The notes below the pieces were generated by a model. That model worked only from the letters and a program-made list of their open reading frames with translations. It made no database searches and was not told where the DNA came from. From assembly GCA_051362555.1 (NCBI GenBank), contig CM120640.1:41022788-41086787 (forward strand): a stretch of 64,000 bases of DNA. The letters run 5' to 3'. Position numbers and translations under genes: made by a program. Positions 23,575 through 36,182 of the stretch are shown here, piece after piece; the stretch's first letter is position 1, and the number at the start of each line of letters is the position of its first letter. The stretch comes from Lingula anatina. Taxonomy: Eukaryota > Animalia > Brachiopoda.

Positions 23575-23725
23575 GAAATTTTCATTAGCAGATATTCGAT
23601 TTGGGAAGACTCTCTGGAGCAGTGTCTGGCTGCTGATAACTTACGGCAACCACTCTGTGTCCTTCCATTGGGAGGAAACCATTGACAGTGGAGGGCCAAG
23701 GAGAGAATACCTTCCGCTAATGGTA
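23575..23725 (+). pseudogene. HECT fragment, domain start
   Basis: IFISRYSIWEDSL..QPLCV/(shift)EETIDSGGPRREYLPLMV matches the GE..D.GGP.RE motif. Confidence 0.75.
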
Positions 23726-24310
23726 TTCGAAACAAAATGCAGATTGCTGGATAATAGTCGGTTTTACGGGTCCCTATTTAATTGTTAATAACTCGACCAA
23801 TTTTGGCCCGATTTTCATAAATTTGGTATCGTTAGACTCTACAAACCTTTCTATTGACATGGAATACAATTATTATGTCTTTAATATGTTTTTAATGATG
23901 TTTTTAATGAGTTATTACAGGTACTCTACCAAAGGCCACTTCCCGATAGAAGAGATGCCAGCGCCATCTGTCGGCCACATATTGTAGCACGAGGCTCCCA
24001 ATGGGGGTGCATCAAAGTGAAATTGCACAATTTTTAGTACTCGGGGGGAAATAAAAAGAAAAGGAAAAGACAAAATTAAGAAAAAATAGGCAAATTAAAA
24101 GAAACACACGCTTTACAAATATTAAGATATTTTCGTGATAACAAGATTTACTGTGAAAATTCTGCAAATAAAATATGAAATTGGGTAAATTAAGGTTTCC
24201 CATTATTATCACATTGATGAAATGTAATTCATAAAGTTGATGTACAGATCTCTACATCAATGCTGTACAACAGAGTTATATAATTTGAAAAAAAAAAATA
24301 TTTAAAAAAA

Positions 24311-27300
24311 CTAGAGGATCAGAGAGGCGATACCGCCTCCAAATATTGTACCACCAGCTGGAGCAAACGCATTCGTATAGACCCCCACATACACAAAATA
24401 AGGGACACAGCCACCAGTTTTGTGCTTGACAAGCTGTAAAAATGCAATCAACAAGAATTTTTAACTATTGCAAAAAATATATATGGTACAATCAAATTTA
24501 AGTTCTTCGTAAGGTAGGTCAAGGGTCAATTTCAAGGTCACAGTAAATTGCCAGTATATGACTTCCTATTCAAGTTCAAGAGTAACCATGGACCTATCTC
24601 TGTCAAGTTTGAAGTTAAAAGAGAAAGAAATAAGAAGAGTTCAGTTCATGATAAAAAGTAGGTCAAAGGTCAATTTCAAGGTCACACTTAGATTGCCAGT
24701 ATAGGACTTCTTATTCAACTTCAATAGTAACTATGGACCTATCTCAGCCAGTTTTGGAGATAAAAGGGAAGCAAAATTTGCAAAATTCAGTTCATGGTGA
24801 AAAGTAGGTCAAAGGTCAATTTCAAGGTCACATTTAGATTGCCAGTATATGACTTCCTATTCAAGTTCAATAGTAACTATGGACCTATCTCTGCCAGTTT
24901 TGGAGATAAAAGGGAAGCAAAATTTGCAAAGTTCAGTTTATGGTGAAAAGTAGGACAAAGGTCAATTTTAATGTCACATTTATAATGCCAGTATATGACT
25001 TCCTATTCAAGTTCAATAGTAACTACGGACCTATCTCAGCCAGTTTTGGAGATAAAAGGAAAGCAAAATTTGCAAAATTCAGTTCATGGTGTAAAGTAGG
25101 TCAAAGGTCAATTTTAAGGTCACATTTAGATTGCCAGTATATGACTTCCTTTTCAAGTTCAATAGTAACTATGGACCTATCTCAGCCAGTTTTGGAGATA
25201 AAAGGGAAGCAAAATTTGCAAAATTCAGTTCATGGTGTAAAGTAGGTCAAAGGTCAATTTTAAGGTCACATTTAGATTGCCAGTATATGACTTCCTTTTC
25301 AAGTTCAATAGTAACTATGGACCTATCTCTGCCAGTTTTGGAGATAAAAGGACAGAAAAGTTTGCAAAGTTCAGTTCATGGTGAAAAGTAGGTCAAAGGT
25401 CAATTTCAAGGTCACATTTAGATTGCCAGTATATGACTTCCTATTCAAGTTCAATAGTAACTATGGACCTATCTCTGCCAGTTTTGGAGATAAAAGGGAA
25501 GCAAAATTTGCAAAGTTCAGTTTATGGTGAAAAGTAGGTCAAAGGTCAATTTTAAGGTCACATTTGGATTGCCAGTATATGACTTCCTATTCAAGTTCAA
25601 TAGTAACTACAGACCTATCTCAGCCAGTTTTGAAGATAAAAGGAAAGCAAAATTTGCAAAATTCAGTTCATGGTGTAAAGTAGGTCAAAGGTCAATTTTA
25701 AGGTCACATTTAGATTGCCAGTATATGACTTCCTTTTCAAGTTCAATAGTAACTATAGACCTATCTCTGCCAGTTTTGGAGATAAAAGGGAAGAAAAATT
25801 TGCAAAGTTCAGTTCATGGTGAAAAGTAGGTCAAAGGTCAATTTTAAGGTCACATTTAGATTGCCAGTATATGACTTCCTATTCAAGTTCAATAGTAACT
25901 ACAGACCTATCTCAGCCAGTTTTGGAGATAAAAGGAAAGCAAATTTTGCAAAATTCAGTTCATGGTGAAAAGTAGGTCAAAGGTCAATTTTAAGGTCACA
26001 TTTAGATTGCCAGTATATGACTTCCTATTCAAGTTCAATAGTAACTACGGACCTATCTCAGCCAGTTTTGGAGATAAAAGGAAAGCAAAATTTGCAAAAT
26101 TCAGTTCATGGTTTAAAGTAGGTCAAAGGTCAATTTTAAGGTCACATTTAGATTGCCAGTATATGACTTCCTATTCAAGTTCAATAGTAACTACGGACCT
26201 ATCTCTGCCAGTTTTGGAGATAAAAGGGAAGAAAAATTTGCAAAGTAGGTCAAAGGTCAATTTCAAGGTCATAGTAAGATTGCCAGTATATGACTTCCTA
26301 TTCAACTTCAATAGTAACTATGGACCTATCTCTGCCAGTTTTGGAGATATAAGGGACTAGATGTTATAATTTTGGAGTTACCATAATGTGCCTTAAATTT
26401 CGTACAGAAAAAATTAATTAAAATAAAGAAAATGTCATTTTGGTCAAAATTCTTGAAATAGGAGGTGCTCTGAAGTTTCAGAAGTTCAAATTTGATGAAA
26501 TAATGTCATTTTTGAACACAAGTTGTCTGCTTTGCCAAGCCTTATGTTTTATTTTTCCAGAGTTCAAAATTTATTATCCATTACCGTACTGCACATTTTG
26601 CTTTTACCACCAATATGTACTTTTTGATACAGCGTAACTCGAAAACCGTATGGAATACAAAAAAACCGAGACCACCTCCAGTGTTGGGCTTTACATGCTC
26701 TACAAAATGCAAAAAAGAATGGGTCTCTAGCATTAACGGTTCCCGAATTAGAGACAGTTTTCAGTTTCGGTATCTTATGGCCGCTACTCCCGTGAAAATG
26801 CACCGATTGACCCCAAATTCATGGAGATGAAAGATGACCTGAAGGGTAACACTTTCCAATAATATTATTGGTTAAGTCTGTGTGGTGTCTGAATAACAGG
26901 GCAAAAAAAATTTTTTTCGTAAAAAATTTCATTTTTTTGAAAATTTTGGCCCATTTGACCTTGAAGTAGAGGTCAAAGGTCAAATCCAAGGGTATATTTG
27001 AAATCTACACATATGACTTTTGGAAAGCCGTCTATAGAAATTTTTCCCATAACTCCTTCCGTAGGGTAGATAATTAGCATTTAATTTTGCCATTTTTAGA
27101 CAAGGGTGCATTGCAATGAGTGCCACACCCAGACCCCAATACCGACAAAGCCCAAATTTTACGTGGAACGAGTTGAGATTATAGGTGATCTAAATCCATG
27201 AGATGGGTACGGGGGCCCTTACCGTCTAGGAGGAGAAGCGGTAACGGTAGCCGTCCGGCGGAGCCGGCGGAGCCAACGGAGCCGGCGGAGCCGGCGGAAC

Positions 27301-27360
27301 GATCCGGACGGGACCGAAACCATGTGTACCGCCAGCGCTAACGCTGGTGGTACAATTATA
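24311..27360 (-). mobile_element. Non-autonomous Helentron-type element (HINE/DINE-1-like) with central satellite array
   Basis: Subterminal inverted repeats attgtaccaccagc (24345-24358) / gctggtggtacaat (27343-27356); hairpin 27325-27354; GC-rich microsatellite (gccggcgga)n ~27250-27310; 3' palindrome gaggcg-atac-cgcctc 24324-24339; CTAG end at 24311 next to a T-run on the - strand. Confidence 0.85.
24514..26360. repeat. Tandem satellite, 13 units of 146 bp
   Basis: Unit starts at 24514, 24658, 24804, 24950, 25096, 25242, 25388, 25534, 25680, 25826, 25972, 26118, 26245; first unit 144 bp, penultimate has a 19-bp deletion, last is partial. Confidence 0.97.
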
Positions 27361-28619
27361 AATCACACAAGCTTGTTGATATATTAGAATTAAAAAGTTT
27401 TATTTTTTATCATCATATTTACAATTATTAAAAAATATGAACAAAAATTAATCCCAAACTGTTTTTTATCTATGAAAATTTGGAAAATAAGAAATGAATT
27501 GGGGTAACTTTTTCATAAATTTCATTGATTAAAATAATTAGCGTCATATGTTCTAACATGACGCACAGTAAGCAGCGCACAAGTTACGAATCGATCAAAT
27601 AATACGAAAAATTACTCCCCTCAAGAGTCAAGTAATTATTCAATATTTGATGATAAATAATAATTGCTTGATAATTTAAGGGTAAACACTGTCCTCCCAA
27701 AAAGATACCACAATCACTGACTACTACTGACAATGGCCCCTTCCACCGACTTCACAAAAATACCAGGATTCTTCCCGGGGGGTCCGACCCTCATCAAAAC
27801 CCTTTCAATCCTGTTCTACGATGCCGAGAATCTTCTAAGTTACATCTAAATTTTCAGATGATAAATCAAGGCAATGGAAACAATCAACCATCCGAGAGAA
27901 AATGGCAAATATAAGTTGAGGGACAGTTCGGATTATGTACCCCTCGAACCAAAGAAGTTCCTTGGGGCTTTGAGCAATTCCTGGAAATTTAGGTTTCTGT
28001 TGTATACTTGGCAGTCAACTCTTGACGAAAAGATAGACCGAGCACATTTAGTGAGAGACGAGAGGTGTGGATCTAGAGAAATTCCTAAGTAATATGATGT
28101 ATTTCTGCGTGGAAAAATCTGTGTCGTGTGCCGTATGCATTATAGGTCGATATTAAACCATACCTGCCAACATTTGTGAATGCCAGAGAGGGACATTTTA
28201 TCAAGCCCCCCCCCATTTCCCGTTCGAAAAAAAAGACACACAAGTAAAAATATTACAAACATGCGTTAGATTCAGTTTGAAATGTAAAAAAAGAAAAAAA
28301 TGTAATGAGATGTTACTGCGTAATTTAGGGGAAAATCGCATGAATTAATTTTACAAGTTCATAGTTGAAGGATGAGAAAATCGATAAATGACCAAAATTT
28401 GGGTGTTAATGTAAAAATTGTCAGTGAGTAGAGGGCTGAACCAGCATAATTAATTCTTGCGACTATGTCAAGCACCAAAAGTTACTTTTAATTACAATAT
28501 TTCTTACTTAAAACTTTTGAAACATTTTTATATCTGCTTGTCGATGATGAAATCAACTGCTTTGAGAAGGTGTTTAGTGGAGTAGCAGGCCTAATCCGGA
28601 AAAAAATATATCCATAACT

Positions 28620-28800
28620 ATGTCCTTCAACGAGATTGTCCAGGCAACACACAATCACGCCTCTGCTGTGCAGTTTTTGCGCGACCATCTCATCCTTCGT
28701 CGGGCACCAACTACATGTCAAACCTGTGGGGGTCCGATGACCGAAGTGAAAAAAGAAGGTGGCACGGTCTGGCGGTGCCCCACCCACAAGGGCAGGAAAA
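28620..28800 (+). pseudogene. Merlin/IS1595-like transposase N-terminal zinc ribbon fragment
   Basis: AVQFLRDHLILRRAPTTCQTCGGPM..GGTVWRCPTHKG. Confidence 0.7.
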
Positions 28801-29940
28801 CTTAAAAGAAGAGGGAGGGAGCAGCTTGTACACACTGTGGCTGGAAGGGCTGTGGGAATGATGAGGACAAATGAGAGCAGCTGTTTGAATATTTTGTTAA
28901 GAAATGCTCATTGCATTGCAAAGCACCACTTGTCTTTCAAGACTTTCACCATTTTATGTGACATTGATAAAGCTAAAGGTTTAGACGTCAGTACCAGCTA
29001 CCTCAATGATAAAAAAGCAAGGGAGTTTGTCTCCAATATAGGTGTAGAGTACCAAACTACCAGAGACATATTTAAGAGTACAAACTTTGTGTGTATCACA
29101 TGCGATGGAACATCGGATTTTATGGGTGATGAATATGAGTATCTCTACCTTAGAACAGCTACAGATGGCACCATTACACAGAGGTTCATTGGAATAAGTA
29201 AGTTATATCTTACATTTCCTTAAATGAATTTATATCTGTCATTTGATTTAAATTACTTGATTACAACACTTTAGTATTTCTGTTAATATGATTTTAGAAC
29301 AATTTCATTAGGCCAATTTCATTAGGCCCATGTTATTTGGATTTCCAACTTGCGTTAGAGATAGTTGGAAACAAATTTAGTTACTTGGCCTCAATCTAGT
29401 TAATATGCATGATATGCTCATGATCTAATTAAGCTATGTAATTTTTATTTAACTTGATTACAAGGAACACCAGAGTCTATAAGCGGGGAAAACATATTTC
29501 ATCTTATTGACAAAAACTCTGATGGATCTTTCCTCTCATGAAACTCATTGGCCTAAAGTGTGTGGTTTTTAAAGTGTGTGGTTTTTGTTCAGATGGAGCA
29601 TCAAATATACAAGGTAAAACAACATACTGTTATTCTGAAACATATGCTGTTTGGTTGGAAGTATTGCAGGTATATAATTTTTTTTCAATACAACACCTTG
29701 GAATAAGGCTTTTAAAAATCTTTGCATTTGTGAAATATATTATATTCATTTTAACTTTATTTCTCTTCCAGGAGTGAGAAAAGGAGTGGTGGCCCATATA
29801 AGGTTAATGAACAATGAAACTGCCATCATTCATTGTACAGCCCACAGGCTTGAATCGGCTTTCAAAGATTCTGTCAAGAATATCAGGCTTTATGAGAAAG
29901 CTATCACTGTACTTATGGGTGTGCAATTTTTTAACAGAAA
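28800..29940 (+). pseudogene. hAT (ZNF862-like) transposase fragment with introns
   Basis: AHCIAKHHLSF..SYLNDKKAREF..ITCDGTSD..E..Y; GFCSDGASNIQG | intron 29614-29771 | VRKGVVA..IHCTAHRLESAFKD (CxxH motif). Confidence 0.88.
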
Positions 29941-31044
29941 AATGTATATAATTTAAAGGTTCAGGAAAACTACTTTTTTGGGATACTGTTAAATTTGTAT
30001 TTTTTTTATGTACAGAAACAGATGTGTTTGTACATATTGCCGTCACCTGCGTTTGTCTTCACCATCATTGCTGTGCACTTTCAGTGTGAGCACGATAAGT
30101 GGAAGACAGTTTTACCTTTTGGCTTTATATTTACAGAGCTGATGAATATTCTTAAAACGCAGGTCAACTTCGAAAATCAACATGATTGGGCCATTATTTT
30201 AGCAGTTATGCTGTTTTTTCACTTTTCAGCATATATTCAACACTGTAAACACATTTCAAGGAAAACCAATAGGCTTATTGACATGAAACTCACAGGACTG
30301 CTTAATCTTACTAAAATACATGTCGAGTTCAAAAATAAGCTTGATTGGTTCAGTTTTGGTGCAGTTATGCCTTGTTTTGTTTATAAGTGCTTTTACCTCA
30401 GATTGAATTCTTAGGCATGTTTACAGTCTCATTATTGAGCTACTTAGATACATATAACTATTCTTTTGACAAATTTTTCATCTTTACAATATTGTTAGTT
30501 GATTACATAAAAATGGTGTTAAACCTGTATTAATCTATTGTGTAATTTTGACACTTAAAAGTGTCAAAAATGGAAAAAAAGCTAACCATTGCAGTTTGTC
30601 AGATATAATCATTTAAAAATTTTATTAACTTATTCATTTTCCTTTCTTGCAGAACCACATGCACCACTGTCATTCCAGAGGAGATGCAGGCCCTGGCTCA
30701 GCACATGATCAAACCAATTGAAAGAACATTAAGAGAAGTGAAAGACATGTTTCAAAGAGGCTGCACCAGGGTTTTATTTACAGGAACAGTTACAAAGGTA
30801 TGACTAATTATTTAGGTTAGGTATATTCTATTGAACCTTAATGTATCATAAAAGATCTTAAAAGCTATTCATTACTTCACATTTAATATGTCCACTGTAT
30901 TTATTGTCACATTCTTTTACTAACTAAATATCCTTTCACATAACTCCTGCAGTTTTTGTCAAAATTCTAATAAAATTCCATCCATCTCCGAGGAGATTCT
31001 AGGTAAATAGTTCACCACCCGTATGGGGGAAGAGCCTACAAGGA

Positions 31045-31175
31045 GCAGAAAAAAATACACTATCACAGAATTAGAGTGTTTGGCCATGGTTGAAGGTGTG
31101 AAAGCTCACCACCCATATTTACAAGGCAGTGCTTTTACCATCCTGACAGATCACAGTGCTATGCAATGGTTAAAC
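31045..31175 (+). pseudogene. Gypsy RNase H fragment
   Basis: KYTITELECLAMVEGVKAHHPYLQGSAFTILTDHSAMQWL. Confidence 0.9.
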
Positions 31176-32112
31176 AACAGTGTGGTGTTTTCTGTCACTG
31201 CCAAGAGCATCCTGGGATGTCTGCTGCGCATATGGGGACTGCAAAGGGGTGCGCACATATAAAGTAACAGCATACCATGTGACGCCCTAGATCCCAGCAG
31301 ATCTCAAGCTGTTCAGAAGCACGCTCTGCTCTCCAGCCTGACGATAGAGACAAAGACAAGCACAGTGCCCCACTTAAACAGAAGGACCAGGCAATGCTCT
31401 CATTAAGTACCAGAAGCGTATGTTACTGCTATTAGAATAGAGTAAGACACTTTATTGGCGTCGAGGTACACGCAACCTCTTAGCATAAAGCTGTTGCAAG
31501 CCTTTAGGTAATTTCTCCTTTGTTAGACACCATATTGAAAATTTTGGCAGGCGGGGGTCAAGTTTTTGAAACTTCATGGTAAGTTCTTAACTTTCGGCTG
31601 TAAGGTTACCGCGTAGGGAACGGGGAGTATTCCTTTTTGGTTTGTTTACTTTATCATCTAGTAAAACAGCACTTATAGAGAAATTGCCTTTTTGTAAGGG
31701 AGACGTTCTCATACATCTGTTTAAGGCACATGCAACAGCAATATTGAACTAAGCTTCATATTTTTTGCACTATTAACCATTTGTTGTCGCATTTCAATTT
31801 TTTGCCTTTTCTGGTACAATAAGATTTAATAGTTGGTTGTTTTACTTGCACAGGTTTAATTTAAATTTTTTATTCCTGGAATATTGATATTATTTGTTTA
31901 AACGATTGTACTGGGATAAACTTAATCACTTATCTGTAAATTATTAGTTTCATAAAAATTTGATTCTAGACTTATAGATTTAGTGAAAATTTATTTTCCT
32001 CTTTTTGAATTTCCATTGGTGCGTTTTTTTTTCTAAATCTTTCCGGTGTTGAGTGCCAGTTAATAGCTTGCTATTTTTTCTGATTAATTGTGTTAGATCT
32101 TACATCAACACA

Positions 32113-32706
32113 ATGGCAACTTCATCCCAGTTGGTAGATGTCAATTCTGCTACATTGGAAGATTTAGTTGATGTACCTGGAATTGGTCAAAAGTGTGCGG
32201 AAAAAATTTTGTCTGTCAGAGCAAGGGGTATACGCCTTGACCAAAACATTTTACAACAACTTTTTGGCCAAACAATTTTATCCAAAGTTATGCCCAATCT
32301 TCAATTTGAGTCCTCTCATACAAAAAGTCAGGGTGGGGCAAAACCTAAAACAAAAAGGGACACCTCTACTTCAGCAGACACTTCGAAGCATGCTAAATCT
32401 TTGGATCTTGGACGTGATTTGTTTAGGCGCTCTCTCTTTTTTCCAGCGGAGGGAGAACCTATTAGAACACTCAATGATGGTAATGAAATTTTGGAATATC
32501 AACAGAAGATTTCTGATTTAAAAATTAAACAAGCAGAAATCAAACAAAAAAGTAAGGAAGTGCAGAAAGCAGCTTTCATATCTCCAAAAACATACAGGAG
32601 ATTGTCTACATTATCACATTCAGAGAAATCTAATAGGTCACGAGAAAGTCATGGTGTCAAATCTGTTTCACAGAAAAGATCAAACCCAGCACACCAAGGC
32701 TCATGA
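32113..32706 (+). pseudogene. ORF with N-terminal ComEA-like helix-hairpin-helix; probable retroelement gag 5' part
   Basis: MATSSQLVDVNSATLEDLVDVPGIGQKCAEKILSVR (HhH: vN.At.eeL..lPGIG...A..I), then a basic/coiled region; 197 aa. Confidence 0.6.
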
Positions 32707-33189
32707 GATGGTCAACAATGCTGCAGGAGTATGATTACAAGGCGCAATACAAACCTGGATGGAGCCACCCAGCAAACAGTCTCTCACAAAGAGAATAAGC
32801 ACAGCAACAGCAGGATACAGGCCAGGTCACTGTCAATGATACCTCAGAGCAAAAAAATGGAACCACACCAGTAAAGCAGGAAGCCACCGAAACACACAGA
32901 GCAAGGGGCAAAGACACACAATGAACAACAAGAGACAGTCACAGAAACAGCATAAGTACCCAGCCAGTGCACAGTGAAGTTGTCTTCTTAGCCTTTTTTT
33001 TTTTGCATATCAGTAAAATAGCATGATATTAACGATGAATTTTGTATGTTTTATTAAATTAAGTGTGAGTTCTTCTTCATAGAGAGAGAAGCAGCCCAGG
33101 CGCTGCAGCAGGCACAGATGGTTGAGATCTCCTCAGATGGAGATGAAATGTAGTGATTAGATAACAATTCTTTGAGCATAGTGTCAGAG

Positions 33190-33455
33190 TCAAAGATATG
33201 TTGCAAATCTTGTGACTCTCAAAACATCATCTATTTGATAAGATGTAAACAATGCCATCATATGTACGTCGGAGAAACGAGCCAGAAATTAAAAGACAGA
33301 ATTAGACAACACTGCTGCGCTATAAATAACAAAAACCTCTTCATGCCAGTGGGACAACACAACAAAATGCTGAACCACTCAGCTAAAGACATCACTGTCA
33401 CCGTCTTCGAAGGAAACTTAAACGCCACTAGGCAAAGACGGATAGCCGAACAGGT
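33190..33455 (+). pseudogene. Penelope-like GIY-YIG endonuclease fragment
   Basis: CDSQNIIYLIRCKQCHHMYVGETSQKLKDRIRQH..PVGQH..NHS. Confidence 0.9.
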
Positions 33456-33540
33456 AGTGAGTATGATGCAAATGCCTCAGAATAAATTGTTATAAATGCC
33501 AAAGATTATAATTAATAGCGTACTATTTCTTTTTCAACAG

Positions 33541-33775
33541 GTAGAAGAAAGGGCATTAATTAAGGGGATGTGCTGGCTTTCATAACTGGTTTGAGAGAAA
33601 TCCCCTCACTTGGATTTTCCAATGAACCCAGACTAACCTTCTCGTTGACAGGTGACTCAATGTTGCCCACAGCTAGTACCTGCATAATGGAATTGGAGGG
33701 GAGAGGCCCCTCCAGGAACACAATTTTAACTTATGGGATTTGGCATTTTCCAACTCATATTTTGGCTTATGTTAG
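33541..33775 (+). pseudogene. HECT C-lobe fragment with catalytic Cys
   Basis: AG acceptor; DVLAFITGLREIPSLGF..LPTASTC..; after a shift FNLWDLAFSNSYFGLC*. Confidence 0.85.
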
Positions 33776-33829
33776 TTGAAGATTACAGACATAGTTTGAC
33801 AAATGAATAAAAGCTTGACCTGTTGTCTT

Positions 33830-34331
33830 CAAAGGGGCAAGAAGCGAGCCAATGGCTCTACAAGTATAACCGCTATATGGCTGCAAAAGGGGCAAATGAT
33901 GAAGCCAACATACAGTGGTTCCCAATGTCCCTAAAAGGAGCAGCAGAAGACTGGTTCGCCAATCTACCAGTTGAGATAAAGACAAATAAAGAAAGACTCC
34001 AACAGGTCTCAGACACCATTACTGCCCAAAGGGCCAGGCAGGTTGGCAGGCAGCTGCTACTCTATTTGCCAAAAAGCAAGGGGAAACAGAAAACACTTAA
34101 GACTTCATAGCTTCTATGCAGAGACTGGGAGACAAAGCCCCTATCCCACAGGCACAAACAATCCAAACCATAATAGCAGGATTACAGTCTAATATGAGGG
34201 CTATTGTGTTACAGAGAGACCCACGATCCATGTCTGAGCTAGAGGCATCAACAAGAATAGCTGAAGCCACCAGTAAAATCTGCACAAGAGAGCAGCCTGA
34301 TGGCTATGATAGAAACTCTTACATAAAGTGA
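33830..34331 (+). pseudogene. Gypsy gag (capsid) fragment, frameshifted
   Basis: FKGQEASQWLYKY..FPMSLKGAAEDWFANL..; IIAGLQSNMRAIVLQRDPRSMSELEASTRIAE. Confidence 0.75.
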
Positions 34332-34759
34332 ACACGCTGACCACAATACAAGTGGAACCACATAAACGCTGTCAGCCAGCCGAGGGACGGGAGCAGATGG
34401 GAGCATTCAGATAGGGATGAAAATTTCACAACACAAACTGAACATAACGTGGAAGGTCAGATCACCATGATCCTTGCCGCTGCCCCCCAAAAAACTGACT
34501 TAACTCCCTTCAGTGGTGCCAAGCCTGGCAAATCTTTTCGGCCATTTATCTTCAAAAATTTCCTGACCAAGCCATCCCCCTTTCGGTACATGCCCACAGG
34601 GTTATCACCATGTTTCCAAACAAAATAGCAAATTGGAGGGTATATGATGAGCGGTTCTGACTAAAAAGAGTTAGCGAGGGTATCAAGTGGGAGGAAGAGG
34701 ACCCTGTAGTGTATGGACACTCCCTGGGAACCCCAAAATTAGATCATTTTCATCCTTCC

Positions 34760-35175
34760 CGTCATCCTTTAATCAAGGCTTTTATAAGGCCATCTTGCCT
34801 AGATATCAACTTGTGTGGGATGGCAATCTTGTGCTGCAGTATCTTAAACAATTGGTACCTAATGAAAGTTTATCATTAAAGCAGCTATCTTGAATACTGA
34901 TGATGTTAGTAGCATTAGTTACTGGACAGCATGGACAATCTATCCACTAGATGGACTTGGCAGATATGAACACACTGAAAAGTTTGGAAATGAAGTCACT
35001 TATGTTTAGTGCACATATTTCCGCAAATATTAAGGCAAGGAAATTGTTGTAGGTTGTTTATTAGTGTATTTTAACCATACAAGGCAGTGACAAAAGACAT
35101 GATCAGTAGATGAATCAAGAGTGTTATGGTTAAGGCAGGTATAGATGCGATTGTTTTTAAACTTCATAGTATTAC
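34760..35175 (+). pseudogene. DIRS tyrosine recombinase fragment
   Basis: LPRYQLVWDGNLVLQYLKQLVPNESLSLKQLS*ILMMLVALVTGQ..; later PYKAVTKDMISR*IKSVMVKAGIDAIVFKLHS. Confidence 0.88.
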
Positions 35176-35641
35176 CAGAAACCAATTGAGACTGTTGTAT
35201 TAAATTCTCACTTAAAGGCTGTCTCAGTGGGTTAAACCCTTAATATAGCAAGAAAACAAATTTTCCTGGAAACCTCACCAGTTTTCTTATAATGGCCAAG
35301 GTATATCCTATCCAAAACTGTTCAGAAAATGAAGCTACCTAAAACCATTTTTTAAATCCCATTAATTTATTTAACCCTATAGCATTCATAACAGCCGCGT
35401 AAACCCCCCCATCCCCCCCGTTTATTTACAATGGCCATTCACGGCCTTAGTATACAGCTTCAACTGCTGTACCCATAGCAACAACAAATCTCACTTAGAT
35501 ATTGCAACAAACAATATGAATAACCTTTAACCCTCTAGGCAGCCATTTGCATTCTACAGATACGATTTTGTTGAGATTTTTCCAAGTTATTATGATTTTT
35601 TGCGTTCAAAGCTTTTCGTTCAAACTTCCTGTTTTAGCGAA

Positions 35642-36182
35642 ATGGAGAGTAGTGATAGTGAGTCAAGTTTTGACGGTTTTACGCTTGAAAATCTGCAAGA
35701 AGTGACTTTGAGAGCTGGTAGAAAGACATGGGATGACAATGAATCTGACATCAATGTCTCCCGATGTCAGCAGTGATGAAAGTTTGGCTGGTGACACTGA
35801 CTCTGAGGCTGAATACCTGCGCCCGCTGTTAGGAGAGTGGGGTACCATGTTGGAAAACTTAGTTTTGCCAAATTTTACTGAAGTTTCTGGACCAAAACAC
35901 ACGTTGCCAGCTGATGCAAAGGTCTTAGATTATCTTAATTTATTCTTGCCTCGTGTTTTTTTTTTTTTTTGACTGTTGCAGAGGAAACGCAGAGATTCAA
36001 TATGACGACCAATCAGTGCTGATGAGATAAGTGCGTTTTTTGGAATAAACATTATGATGGGCATAAAACATTATCCAAGAATATGGTGCTACTGGAGCAC
36101 TGATCCTAAGTTAGGAGATCCGTATACAAGTTCTATAATGCCCAAAACAAGGTTTTTAAAGCTCAGTCAGTATCTGCACATC
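35642..36182 (+). pseudogene. piggyBac (PGBD4-like) transposase 5' fragment
   Basis: MESSDSESSFDGF..; LPADAKVLDYLNLFLP; EISAFFGINIMMGIKHYPRIWCYWSTDP..IMPKTRFLKLSQYLH. Confidence 0.9.

Noticed and set aside
24514-26360. CRISPR-like array, or protein-coding repeats (ORFs 24940-26360)
   Set aside because: Units are near-identical along their whole length with no unique spacers, no cas genes, eukaryotic context; the ORFs are by-products of the satellite.
32113-32706. Bacterial comEA by horizontal transfer or contamination
   Set aside because: Only the short HhH motif matches; the rest is low-complexity and it is embedded among eukaryotic transposon fragments.
21855-33775. Functional multi-exon host HECT gene
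   Set aside because: Segments are out of domain order and frameshifted.
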